A DNA stretch of 64,000 bases, taken from assembly GCA_964016885.1 (NCBI GenBank), contig OZ024751.1, positions 8,742,001-8,806,000 of the forward strand. Reading direction: 5' to 3'. The notes under the pieces were generated by a model that was given only the letters and a program-made list of their open reading frames with translations, searched no databases and had not been told where the DNA came from. Below, one piece after another: positions 32,150-45,274 of this stretch. Positions within the stretch are counted from its first letter, which is position 1. The number at the start of each line of letters is the position of its first letter. Made by a program: the position numbers and the translations under genes. Source of the DNA: Eledone cirrhosa (Eukaryota).

Positions 32150-33100
32150 TAGACCTCTTGTATGCAGATCATTGCGATCTTGTAGAGTACACTGAGTGTT
32201 ATATGCAGCACATTTTGAATGCATTTTCTGATGCTTGCACTGCCCTAGGATTGGCTGTCAGTCTCAAGAAAACCGTCTTCATGTACCACTCTGCCCCTGA
32301 TAAGCAGTACAGTGAACCAAATGTCTATGTGTATGGTAAACGACTTGGATTGGTTGATCAGTTTGTCTACCTGGGAAGCACTGTCAATTGATACAGCAAT
32401 CTTGATAATTAAATCCCATTCAGGATTAGGAAAGCAAGTGACGCTTTCGGAAAGCTAGAAAGGCGACTCTGGGGTTAGCGAGACATATGCAAGAAGACAA
32501 AGGTAAAGGTGTACAAGGCATGTGTGCTATTTCTCTTCTTTATGTCTGCGAGACCTGGGTCACATATCGACACCACCTTAACCAATTGGAGCGTTTCCAT
32601 CAGATTTGTCTCAGACGGATCCATGGCGTTCACTGGAGGGACCACATCGGTGATGTCGAGATTTTGGAAATCTCTCTGTGTGACAGAATAGAAGCTCATG
32701 TGCTTAAGCAACGACTCCATGGGAGTGGTCACCTTGACAGGATGAAGGATTCTAGAATACCAAAACAACTCTTTAAAGGAAAACGACCGCCATATTAACA
32801 AAAAAATAGGTATAAGGTTTCGTTGAAAACTTTTTGAAAGACGCTAACATCTTTGCTTATACATGGGAAAATGTTGCTTCTGATCGTAATAAATGGAGTA
32901 AGGCTGTATATGAAGGGAAACTTGCCTTTGGGGTATCTCGACTCGCATACGAAAAAGTAAAACAGGATGTAAGGAGGGGCATAGCTGTTGCATTTCCAGA
33001 CGGTGAGGGTCTCCCTATGGCGCTGACATCCAGCGTCTGTGCGAGACTCTGCCTAAGCAAAACTGGACTCGAAAGTCATCTTCGCAGTCATAAAGGAAGA
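32150..33100 (+). pseudogene. RTE-clade LINE 3' fragment (RT end + C2H2-like tail)
   Basis: LLYADHC, GLAVSLKKT, FVYLGS, KASDAFGKL, LLYVCETW, RIPKQL, GLESHLRSH. Confidence 0.85.
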
Positions 33101-33159
33101 CCAGTGGTTGACTACCGGACTGCTGTTGGAGATGCTACTCATCATGCTTGCCTAGAGGT

Positions 33160-34041
33160 GAATTAGCTTACAAATTTAAATGGCCCTAGATAAACATAAA
33201 CTCAATATTAAGATAGTAGAAAGACCAGGTACCTCCGTAAAAACAATTATTAGCAATACATACCCTTTTAAAAGACCTCCCTGTATAGATAAGAAATGTA
33301 TAATCTGTAAATTAACCACCCATATTAACTGTAAAACTAGAAAAGTAATATATAGTATAATATGTAGCGAAGGACAATGTAGAGATAAGAATATAGTGTA
33401 CATAGCTGAGACAGCTCGTAATATAAGGGAACGGATAAATAAACACTGGCGAGAGCTTCAAGATAGTAAACAATCATCTGTACTCCACCACTATGCTAAA
33501 ATAGAACATAAGGGTAAATTAGAGAACATAGAAATAAAAATAGAATCAGAAAAGACGCAATGTTTAGACAAATCACAAAGGCAATAAACATAAATGAACT
33601 CCAACCAAAATTAAATAGTAAACATGAATGGAACAGCAACATCACAACTTACAATTAAGGACAAAATGAAAACACACACACATAGAACAAGCAACCAACT
33701 AGTAACATGTAAATAAACAAATAAATAAACAAATATAAATACACACAGACACCCGGATGTAACACATGCGCAAACTAAGCACACAACACACACTAACACA
33801 AGATGGCGTAGGACAAAAAAATGGAGAGGCACAAAAACAAAGAAAATAATCCCCAGTCACTGAAGAGGTCACACAATGTGTGACAAAATACTTTGACAAT
33901 ATATGAACAAGCATCTGCTTGTGTAACCAACCAACCGGAAATTTATAAATTAAAACATGTATAAATTTAATTTATAATAAATTGAAGTGGAAGAAACTGG
34001 TGCGTGTGTTTCTTATTGGCAACATGACCCTCCCAAAGTAT

Positions 34042-34046
<5 letters not shown>
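33160..34046 (+). mobile_element. PLE 3' end (GIY-YIG + terminal repeat), same family as 6355-10870; its HHR at 33856-33897 has GAAA>AAAA
   Basis: ORF 33180-33587 KIVERPG..C..CIIC..CKTRKVIY..YIAETAR; DNA match to 6355-7110. Confidence 0.9.
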
Positions 34047-34112
<66 letters not shown>

Positions 34113-34135
34113 TATATACATATATATATATATGC

Positions 34136-34174
<39 letters not shown>

Positions 34175-34177
34175 TAA

Positions 34178-34248
<71 letters not shown>

Positions 34249-34252
34249 TATA

Positions 34253-34322
<70 letters not shown>

Positions 34323-34326
34323 TATA

Positions 34327-34395
<69 letters not shown>

Positions 34396-34422
34396 GTATA
34401 TGTATATATATATAGATATATG

Positions 34423-34479
<57 letters not shown>

Positions 34480-34589
34480 ATGTATAGAAATTTCGTATTT
34501 CGAAAGAAATACGATTTTAGGAACCCGTAGCTATCTGAACCGTGGGGCTAACGCCCTCTGGTGTTATCCAGCTGAATCAAGGGGGACAA

Positions 34590-34631
34590 CCGTCTATGCA
34601 TTTCAGGCGTGACCGGCCATCGTCAGGACGA
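34590..34631 (-). ncRNA. Type I hammerhead ribozyme
   Basis: Minus strand: tcgtc-CTGACGA-t-ggc-cggtcac-gcc-t-GAAA-tgca-TA-gacgg; palindromic atgcat. Confidence 0.85.
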
Positions 34632-35097
34632 TCCCTCCCACTGCTCTCCGACTGCTGGACTTCAACACAGCCGAGAACCTATAGTTTTCTTGTCTGTGTA
34701 AATGAGGTGATTAATCCCATTTGCATATGAAGCTGCATAAGTTGGCTCAGCTTATAATAAAAAAGAAATACGATTTCGCTTCAATCAGAGCTTTATACAA
34801 TATGTATAGAAATTTCGTATTTCGAAAGAAATACGATTTTAGGAAGCCGTAGCTATGCGAACACCGAGGTGCTAACGCCCTCTGGTGTTGTCCAGCTTTA
34901 TACATATTGTTTTCCAGCTTTATACATATTGTATGAACCTATGCTTGGAGCGAAATCCAATATCTGTTCTATTATATGTTGAGCTAACTTATGCAGCTTC
35001 ATGTGCAAATGGCATTAATCACCTCATTTACACTAACGAGAAAGCTATATGTTCTCGACTGTTTTCAAGTCCAGCAGTCGCACACCAGTGGAAGGGA

Positions 35098-35139
35098 CCG
35101 TCCTGATGATGGCCAGTCAAGCCTAAAATGCATAGATGA
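35098..35139 (+). ncRNA. Hammerhead ribozyme copy with G12A substitution (probably inactive)
   Basis: ccgtc-CTGATGA-tggccagtcaagcct-AAAA-tgca-TA-gatga. Confidence 0.65.
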
Positions 35140-35175
35140 GTGTCCCCCTTGCTTCTGCTGGACAACACCATGTAC

Positions 35176-35209
<34 letters not shown>

Positions 35210-35211
<2 letters not shown>

Positions 35212-35490
35212 CGTTTCTGAATTTGTTTAGCAAGATTCTTTATCTGAAATCGTGTGTTGAAACAGAAACAAAGAAAGGAATCCCCAGTCACTGAAGAGGT
35301 CACAGAGTCTGTGACGAAAGGACTATGACTATATATAAACAACTATCTGGTTGTGGAACCAACCAACCAACCAGAAATTTATAAATTTGTAGATTTGTAA
35401 ATATAAATTTATAAATATATAATAAATTGAAGTGAAAGCAACTGGTGCGTGTGTTTCTTATTGGCAACATGACCCTCCCAAAGTATAACA

Positions 35491-35492
<2 letters not shown>
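35210..35492. mobile_element. Short inverted PLE terminal fragment of the 6355-10870 family
   Basis: 35210-35262 matches 9937-9992; 35263-35492 is the terminal repeat in the opposite orientation. Confidence 0.8.
35286..35330 (+). ncRNA. Minimal hammerhead ribozyme in PLE terminal repeat
   Basis: agtca-CTGAAGA-g-gtcacag-agt-ctgtgac-GAAA-ggac-TA-tgact. Confidence 0.8.
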
Positions 35493-35544
<52 letters not shown>

Positions 35545-35548
<4 letters not shown>

Positions 35549-38109
35549 ACATGGAGATCCGAAGGCAAGGTCAAATTCCAATCAATTAATCTCGACACAT
35601 GTTTCAATAAGAGATAGATCGATAGTGATGCCATGATCGATTATCACTAAACTAATCAGTTTAAAATGAATTGTCTTCAAATTCTTGATATCAGGGAGAA
35701 AAAATAACGATGTTCTCTCACAGAATTTATTCCCTCATATGGAGACACACCAGTCAGAAACACGGCGACTGCTATTAGCTTCAGTTGAGGTCATAAAAGT
35801 TCTCATATTTCTATCACTGCAAAAGACGCTGGACATCAATCAAATCTGTAGGGATACAGTCAGTCACAGTTAAAGTTAGTGGCTACACACACACTCCACA
35901 CCCACATACATCGGCTCGAGGTCAAAGAAAATTGTATACATATATATATATATATACACACATCAACACAATATTAAACCTGTAGAGTTAGTGTAGGTAG
36001 GTACACACACACTTTCACACACACCGAAGCGATGTCCGTCAAAAAAACAAATATAAGAAAACAAATATAATAAAACAAATATAAGAATGTACCAACACAG
36101 CACTCACCGAAAGTTAGTTCACAAAGCAACAGAAGCTATGTTGGTCAAATCTCAATTTGACGATGTAAATTGGAAATATTGGGTTAACCAACGCCCCCCC
36201 CCCCCCCCCACACACACACTGTAGTAAGTTCAGTTCAGTGTTCTGCTATACGTGTATAGATCGAAATGTAACATCCATATCTTCAAGTGTATGTTATGGT
36301 ATATACACATCCGAATCGTCCAAAATAGGGTATGACCGAGTATATACGCATCCATGTGAAGAACAAGCAATCAGCTCATGTCAAACTCCGTGTGTACCGT
36401 TGTTCCATTGAGAATCCGTGTCACCAAATTCGTGCGTGCAAGCAACCGCAATTGTAGGCCAGCAAAGGGCTTCGTGTAGGGTTGAGTATTGGGTAAATGC
36501 GTCCGCAAGTGCGATTTCCCGTCATATGGGCCAATGAGCTTTTAAGATAGTTGTGTGCGTGGTGGAGGTGTGTTATCCAATACCGAAGGTGAAGTAAGAA
36601 AACACAGGATATTAAAATCCAAAGGATGTGTGTAGGACCATTAATGGTGTGTCAGTATTATTGTTCAATGCGTAACAGTGAGTCCTCCATGGTTAGATGA
36701 TCACGCATCAAAACCTGGTGTAGTGTTCAGTCGGTAGGAACGTGACAGTCGTAATTGTGGGAGCTCAATATCTAAAGGAAACGGGTACTGTGTGTAGAGC
36801 TATGTGTAGAGAGCGTAATCGGTCCTAACTAAGTGTGTAATCAATCTAACTATTTACTAGCTAGGTATTCTAAAAGAGAGCACTCAGCTGTGAGAACTCC
36901 GTGGAAACAGGCCGAGTATCGTTTGTAAATGCACAAGTTTTTTCCTCACCCTCTCTACCATACAATTATTATAGAACGACACAGTATACAAGACGTCGTC
37001 ACGGTAAGCGCCGCCTCCCAGGTGGGGCATTTCCGCTCCGAAAATGTTTGCTCAGCCCAACCTTATTTCCGCTCCGAAAATGTTTGCTTAACCCAACCTT
37101 ATAACGGCAGCACTGGCGTCTGCAATTTATGTATAGCTGAAACTTTTAACATTATTAGAGGCGGCCCCCTATTAATTAATTAATAGAAGAGCAGATTTTT
37201 TCAGCAACTGCCAACATAGAACCTCGAAAACCTTCCGCAGGATTTTTGGCAGGTAATCTACCAATAACTCCTCCCTCTCTACTTTAGACATAGAGTTCTC
37301 TCAATAAATGGACAGTCACACACTTAGGTAGTTAGACGGCTAAGATTGTTTGCGCACTTACAAATGATACTCGGCCTGTTTCCACGGAGTTCTCACAGCT
37401 GAGTGCTCTCTTTTAGAATACTTAGCTAGTAAATAGTTAGATTGATTGCACACTTAGTTAGGACCGATTACGCTCTCTATACATAGCTCTACACACAGTA
37501 CCCGTTTCCTTTAGACATTGAACTCCCACAATTACGACTCTAACCTGCCTACCGACTGAACACTACACCAGGTTTTGATGCGTGATCATCTAACCGTGGA
37601 GGACTCACTGTTACGGATTTAACAATAATAATGACACGCCATTAATGGGCCTACACACATTCTTTGGATTTTACTATCCTGTGTTTTCTTACTTCACCTT
37701 CTGTGTTGGATAACACACCTTCACCACTCAAACAACTATCTTACGGGCTCATTGGCCCTTATGACGGGAAATCGCACTTGCGGGTGCATTTACCCAATAG
37801 GAAACCCTACACGAAGCCCTTTGCTGGTCTACATTGCGGTTGTTTGCACGCACGGATTTGGTGACACGGATTCTCAAGGGGACAGTGGTACACACGGAGT
37901 TCGATATGAGCTGATTGCTTGCTCTTCACATGGATGTGTATATACCCGGACATTCCCTTTTTTGCAGGATTCGGATGTGTATATACCATAATATACACTG
38001 GAAGATATGAATGTTACAATTCGATCTATACACGTATAGCAGAACAATGAACTGAACTTACTTGCGCGTGCGCGCCCGCGCGCGCGTGTGTGTGTGTGTA
38101 TGTGTGTGT

Positions 38110-38153
<44 letters not shown>

Positions 38154-38800
38154 GTGGGGCGTTGGTTAACCCAATATTTCCAATTTACATCGTCAAATTG
38201 AGATTTGACCAACATAGCTTCTGTTGCTTTGTGAACTAACTTTCGGTGAGTGCTGTGTTGGTACATTCTTATATTTGTTTTATTATATTTGTTTTCTTAT
38301 ATTTGTTTTTTCTCGGACATCGCTCCGGTGTGTGTGAAATTGTGTGTGTACACACCCACACTAACTCTACAGGTTTAATACTGTGTTGATATGTGTATAT
38401 ATATATGTATACATTTTTCTTTGACCTCGAGCTGATGTATGTGGGTGTGGAGTGTGTGTGTAGCCACTAACTTTAACTGTGACTGACTGTATCCCTACAG
38501 ATTTGATTGATGTCCAGCGTCTTTTGCAGCGATAGAAATCTGAGAGCTTTTATGACCTCAACTGAAGCTAATAGCAGTCGCCGTGTTTCTGACTGGTGTG
38601 TCTCCATATGGGGAAATGAATTCTATGAGAGAACATCGTTATTTTTCTCCCTCATATCAATAATTTGAAGACAATTCATTTTAAACTGATTAGTTTAGTG
38701 ATAATCGATCATGGCTTCACAATCGATCTATCTCTTATTGAAATATGTGTCGTGATTAAATGATTGGAATTTTACCTTGCCGTCAGATCTTCATTTTGAT
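35545..38800. mobile_element. Inverted repeat with arms of about 1.4 kb (35545-36938 / 37350-38800); PLE 3' end with inverted copy
   Basis: Arms are reverse complementary throughout; the spacer encodes a PLE C-terminus on the plus strand. Confidence 0.85.
37078..37256 (+). pseudogene. C-terminus of a Naiad-like PLE endonuclease
   Basis: QPYNGSTGVCNLCIAETFNII..LIN / RRADFFSNCQH; same motif as the end of 15972-16820. Confidence 0.75.
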
Positions 38801-38933
38801 ACTTATACTCCGTTTTACATCATCTAGCTGTTAAATGGAATTGGAGATATACAATATTGCGGAGAACTTAATATTGCTAACATAAAGTTATTGGATCATT
38901 TTACGCAAGCAATAATGCACCTTACTATATAAC

Positions 38934-39165
<232 letters not shown>

Positions 39166-39351
39166 ACATATGTATATATATATGTGTATATATATGTATA
39201 CATATGTATATATATATGTGTATATATATGTATACATATGTATATATATATGTGTATATATATGTATGTATATGTATGTATATATATGTATACATATGTA
39301 TGTATATATATATATGTATAAATATGTATATATATATATGTATATATATGT

Positions 39352-39965
39352 TTGGTGGTCAAGCCACCAGTTGGTGCTACTGGTAACATGTATCCCAGTA
39401 CAACCTGTCTCATGGTCGGGTCGTTGGCGACTAAACTGGCAACCCCACCAAGGTTTCTTGGTGAGGAGGGTGACTTTGGACATCTAGCAGGACTAAAAAC
39501 AAAACCTGTCAAAGGGCAAAGGAGCTTGAGAGTCAATGGCCATCCAAAATCACCGGGAGAGATGACCCCTTAGCCTTTGTCAAGGCAGAATTCTAGGAGA
39601 AGGAACACTCTGATATAACACCTGCAACCCTGATGGTATCCAATGATGTTGACTTGTACTTCTTTTTGGTAAATATCATCTTGGTTAAGAGAGTGGGATT
39701 GGCTTTGTGCAGTGCCTTTGCTCACTATAAAAGCTTCACGGCACAGGCATTACTTTATATTTGGAGATCTCTCTGCACTTGTCATCACATGGTACCATGG
39801 GCCCAGCACTATGTGTCAATAATTGTCACAAGTGTAGTGTTTGTACCAGGGTTTCAAGTCGCTGGGTGGACTAAAATGTCATACTCATTCAGCGCATCGT
39901 GAGGGGTTCTCCTACATGGATATATATTTAGTAGCCGTACTCGAAAACGAGTTGGCAGCCACCAT
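39352..39965 (+). repeat. About 600-bp dispersed element in (TA)n; partial copy at 40218-40316
   Basis: Highly similar to 44049-44656. Confidence 0.85.
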
Positions 39966-39986
39966 ATATATGTATATATATTTTTG

Positions 39987-40075
<89 letters not shown>

Positions 40076-40107
40076 GTGTGTGTGCGTGTGTGTGTGTATA
40101 TATATAA

Positions 40108-40167
<60 letters not shown>

Positions 40168-40791
40168 GTATATATATATATGTGTGTGTATATATATATG
40201 TATGTATATATATATATGTCAGGTCACCAGTTGGTGCTACTGGTAACATGTATTCCAGTACAACCTGTCTCATGGTCGGGTCGTTGGTGACTAAGCTGGC
40301 AACCCCACCAAGGTTTCTATATATAGCAGTTGCTATTCCGGGCGGCCGCCTTCCACTGGGGAATCTATTAAATTTCATCTTGTATATCACTACTATCGTG
40401 TCATGGAGAGGTCGCTAAGATTTAAAACATACTAACTATGGACAATAGGGTTGCCAGACTTATCTTTAATCGGAATTTCTAACTCTACATTAAAAAATGT
40501 ATTGTCCATCCGTCAACTATATTTTTTATATTTCTTAGTACTTTTACCACATCTGACTAACTTCTTCTATGTAACCTGATCTCATCGCTAGTTTCTAACA
40601 CAATATATTACCTTTGATATATTCGGCTTCGTTAATTTCTTCAGCTAATTTAAATGTTGAGTAAACTTGGCTGCTATGTTTAGTGGTATGAGTTTGGGAA
40701 ACACGCTAGTTTCTGATGCCATGTGTGTTAGTTTATATAAGCACACTCTTCAGTTTTCTGATATACTTAGAAGTAAAGAGTTTACTAATTT

Positions 40792-40874
40792 ACACCCACT
40801 GATGAGCAATATTAATTGGTAATTCTCTTCAGAATTGGATTGCGAAATAGCTTCACCAAACGCAGTCCGGGTGT
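40792..40874 (+). ncRNA. Type I hammerhead ribozyme
   Basis: acaccca-CTGATGA-gcaat...attgc-GAAA-tagc...gcag-TC-cgggtgt; single mismatches in stems I and III. Confidence 0.72.
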
Positions 40875-41135
40875 CTGGTAGTTACCACAATTCTGGTTTG
40901 TATTTATTTTCTTGATTTATTCTTAAATTGAGTCTGGCAATCCATAGTTAGTATCTTTTTCACCTTAGCGAATCTGGCCCCTTACGATTTGAACACATAT
41001 ATATGTTATTTATCTCTCTTTTATATTTAATTATAATATACGGCTCGGAAAAAAATCTCTTTCCTTGAGGTATTTTATTTTAAGAGACTCTTTTGAGTTT
41101 CTAACTCAATATATATCTTTGAATATATATGTATG

Positions 41136-41260
<125 letters not shown>

Positions 41261-41299
41261 CAGAGTAAAAAACAAAAACAATAAAAAGGAGTGCAGATA

Positions 41300-42520
41300 C
41301 GAACAGTATTGGTATTTACGAATATTAGTTGTTTAAAATGTGTTTATAATATATTTTCCTTCTGTTATATGTATATAAATAAATACATAAATAAATAAAT
41401 AGATGGGTATATCATGTTATAGATCATTGTTTTAATGAGTTATGAGGGATATTGGTTTTGTATTTTATTGAAAAAATATTGAAAAAATATTGAGAAAGTA
41501 TTGAAAAAAATATTGAAAATGTATTGAAAAAAATGTTTATTTTAATAATTTTTATTTCTTTAATATTTATTTCTTTAAAAATTACTTATCTCTTATAAAT
41601 TATTATTTTTTTCGTTCTCTCAAATTTTTCAATATGTTTTCAATATTTTTTCAATAGATTTATAACCACTATCTGGTTCTGGCTAAATGTATCTTCAACA
41701 TCTATACTTATTTTGAATAAATAGTCTCACACTAACGAATAAATAAATTAAACCCGAGTTTTTTCAGTATCTCCCCATTTTCAATCATATAAATATAAAT
41801 ATTCATCTTAACTCAGTTAATTTAATTTAACTTAATATTTATTTACATAAAATACAAAACCAATATACCCCATAACTCATTAGAACAATGATCTATAACA
41901 TGATATATCCATCTATTTATTTATTTATTTATTTATGTATTTATCTACTTATAACAGAAGGAAAATATTATATTAAAAACAAATTTTAAACAACTAATAA
42001 TCGTAAATACACGTACTATTAAGATATATACTTAGAATATATTTCCCTTAAATTAACATTATATGAGGTTTTACTCATCTTCCCTTTTTTTTTTCTTCTC
42101 TCTCTTTCTATCGCACTACTTTATCCTTCTTTTCTTCTCTCTCCCTCTCCATAGTCGTTTAAATAAACGGTTGTTTTTCAATTATTTACATATTCATTTG
42201 CATATTCACCCATAAGTTTGAAAAATCCCTAATATATTTCAACTATCTAGAGAATATCCAACCGATAAGGTATGATTTTCATGAGTATGTCTCTATTTAT
42301 AAAACAAACTTTGTATTTTATCTGAGGAAAGCGTACCAATGTGTTTTTGTAGCCTTGAAATATTTATAATAAAATAAATATGGTTTTATATATATAGTTT
42401 CCATCTATTTAATATCATTGAACATTTACTCCAGTAACTGTTGAGTGCTCTAAATCAGTTATAAACATTTATATTTGTCGGACTTCCAACAAATTAAATA
42501 CCCTTCCACTTATATGAATA
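41300..42520. mobile_element. PLE terminal-repeat-like element with inverted left arm (about 41300-41475 vs 41850-42018)
   Basis: Reverse-complement match; same family as 5940-6275. Confidence 0.7.
42315..42375 (+). ncRNA. Minimal hammerhead ribozyme
   Basis: attttat-CTGAGGA-...-GAAA-tattta-TA-ataaaat; stem II weak. Confidence 0.6.
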
Positions 42521-42530
42521 TATATATATG

Positions 42531-42610
<80 letters not shown>

Positions 42611-42714
42611 TGTATATATAGTGTATTTTGCAATACACTGTATGCTTAATTAAAAGCATTTCGAAGACCTTATGCTATTGTTTTATAGTAGTGACATACT
42701 CACTTACTTTAATT

Positions 42715-42804
42715 TTCAGCAAACAGGGGGAGACAAAGCTGACAATGCCTTGTTTCGCATTTATTGATGCTTATCAAAGCCAACTACTCCTCATGTTTGC
42801 TGAA
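42715..42804 (-). ncRNA. Hammerhead ribozyme, U3-A8 core variant
   Basis: Minus strand: ggct-TTGATAA-gcat-caataa-atgc-GAAA-caaggcattg-TC-agct; distal stem ttcagcaaaca/tgtttgctgaa. Confidence 0.8.
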
Positions 42805-42950
42805 ATCATGCTGAAATATATACATTCATATATATATATCTATTTCAGAGCACCAATTCTAATTTTCAATTTCTGCTTGACCGGCAACCGTTCTGTATAA
42901 TCAGTTCCTGATTATTTACTGGAATTCTATAAGAACCAAATATCCATGAT

Positions 42951-43040
42951 TTCAGCAAACAGGAGGAATAGTTGGCTTTGATAAGCATCAATGAATGCGA
43001 AACAAGGCCATGTCAGCTTTATCTCCCCCTGTTTGCTGAA
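42951..43040 (+). ncRNA. Hammerhead ribozyme, U3-A8 core variant
   Basis: ggct-TTGATAA-gcat-caatga-atgc-GAAA-ca-aggcca-tg-TC-agct; 13-bp distal stem 42951-42963/43028-43040. Confidence 0.82.
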
Positions 43041-43289
43041 AATTAAAGTAGGTGAGTCTGTCACTACTCTAAAACAATAGCATAAATCCTGCCAGAAATA
43101 GATTTAAAAAATGGCTAAGAATCGTGACATGGCAGTGGTCAAGTTAGAAAGAATGTGATTAGTTGCTTACGGCTAGTAGGCTGGTTGCTAGAAAGCGCAG
43201 CCCAATATCGCCCAAATTGCATCTCAACCCAACGGGAGATTATTAAATATAAAGATTTAAATATACATAAAGTCATATATATATATGTG

Positions 43290-43575
43290 GCAACCGTTCA
43301 CGATGTGGCTCAATGAATAATTAATAAATTAAATAATCAGAGCAATATATCATAAATCATGTTCCTAGAATCAGAGATAAAATATATTTAACTAATTCTT
43401 CTCCCAATTTGCATAATTAACCATATAAAAAATCAATTAGACAAGGCTATAAGAATAAAGGCTCCTATGGAGAAATATTTGATAAATAACTAATTCTACT
43501 AATTGGGAGAGGAAATAGTATATATATTTTATCTATGATTCTGGGGACATGATTTATGATGTATTGCTCTGATTA
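43290..43575. repeat. Short inverted-arm element, same family as 57532-57920
   Basis: 43335-43415 is reverse complementary to 43495-43575. Confidence 0.7.
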
Positions 43576-43580
43576 TACAT

Positions 43581-43630
<50 letters not shown>

Positions 43631-43672
43631 ATGTAAATGTATATGCGTAAATGTATATATCTATATCTATAT

Positions 43673-43766
<94 letters not shown>

Positions 43767-43833
43767 GTATGAATATGTATATATATATATTTATGTATAT
43801 GTATATATTTATATATTTGTATATATATATGTG

Positions 43834-43866
<33 letters not shown>

Positions 43867-43999
43867 GGGTGTGTGTGTGTATGTATATATATGCATGTAT
43901 ATATATATATATATATGTATGTATATATATGTATATATATTTATATATACATATATATGTATCTATATGTGTGTATATATATATGTATATATAAATATG

Positions 44000-44031
<32 letters not shown>

Positions 44032-44048
44032 TATATGTATGTATATAT

Positions 44049-44656
44049 GTCAGGTCACCAGTTGGTGCTACTGGTAACATGTATCCCAGTACAACCTGTC
44101 TCATGGTCGGGTCGTTGGCGACTAAACTGGCAACCTCACCAAGGTTTCTTGGTGAGGAGGGTGACTTTGGACATCCTGCAGAACTAAAAACAAAACCTGT
44201 CAAATGGCAAAGGAGCTCGTAAGAGTCAATGGCCATCCAAAATCACCGGGAGAGATGACCCCTTAGCCTTTGTCAAGGCAGAATTCTAGGAGAAGGAAAA
44301 CTCTGATATAACACCTGCAACCCTGATGGTATCCAATGATGTTGACTTCTTCTTCTTTTTTGTAAATATCATCTTGGCTAAGAGAGTGGGACTGGCTTTG
44401 TGCAGTGTCTTTGCTCACTATAAAAGCTTCATGGCACAGGCATTGCTTTATATCTGGAGATCTCTCTGCACTTGTCATGACATGGTACCATGTGCCCAGC
44501 ACTATGTGTCAATAATTGTCAGAAGTGTAGTGTTTTTACCAGAGTTTTCAAGACACTGGCTGGACTAAATAGTCACACTCGTTTAGCGCATCGGTAGGGG
44601 TTCTCCTACATGGATATAAAGTAGTGGCCGTACTCGAAAACGAGTTGGCAGCCACC
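44049..44656 (+). repeat. About 600-bp dispersed element in (TA)n
   Basis: Copy of 39352-39965. Confidence 0.85.
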
Positions 44657-44794
44657 ATATATATATATATATATGTATATATATATGTATATATATCCAA
44701 AATTAAATTAAGGGTTGTCATGTCTGAGAGACATGCGCCATATCCACTGTAGAATAAGCTCGAAGATTCTAATGAATAGATCCAAGCATTTTAT

Positions 44795-45155
44795 AACAAC
44801 TAGAATTAGATTGACATATTTATAGATAAGATAAACATATGAAACAATCACAGGGAATAGTTTGTAAAGTGTGTAAGCACACATAGCTAGGTAGGTAACC
44901 AATTAGAGTTTAGCTAGAACTTCAAATATAGATTTAAAATGATTAATGGTGAAATATATGTTTTATTTAAAGAGATTAATCATTTTATTTAAAGGAGATT
45001 AATCATCTTAAAAGGTATCTATATTTGAAGTTCTAGTTAAACTTTAATTAGTTACCTACCTAGCTATGTGTGCTTACACACTTTACAAATTATTCGGTGT
45101 GATTTTTTTTTTATAAGTTAATTTTATATATCTATATGTCAATCTATTTCTAGTT
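44795..45155. repeat. Fold-back inverted repeat with arms of about 135 bp
   Basis: gtaaagtgtgtaagcacacatagctaggtaggtaac..gaacttcaaatatagat versus its reverse complement at 45017-45155. Confidence 0.8.
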
Positions 45156-45205
45156 AATATATGTATATATATATGTATATATATACATATATATATGTAT
45201 GTATG

Positions 45206-45270
<65 letters not shown>

Positions 45271-45274
<4 letters not shown>

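Larger units (their letters stand above)
34481..35170. mobile_element. 322-bp HHR-bearing non-coding unit (about 1.3 copies, minus strand) plus inverted plus-strand arm
   Basis: tgtatagaaatttcgtatttc at 34481 and 34803; about 34920-35170 is the reverse complement of the unit; (TA)n flanks. Confidence 0.85.
42637..43085. mobile_element. Sister family of the 310-bp unit with divergent inverted arms
   Basis: 42841-42932 aligns to the array unit (tatttcagagca..accggcaaccg..cagttcctg..attctataag); 42670-42810 is the reverse complement of 42945-43085. Confidence 0.85.

Noticed and set aside
44049-44140. HDV-like or twister ribozyme at the 5' end of the 600-bp repeat
   Set aside because: Some helices are present, but I could not complete the required pseudoknots
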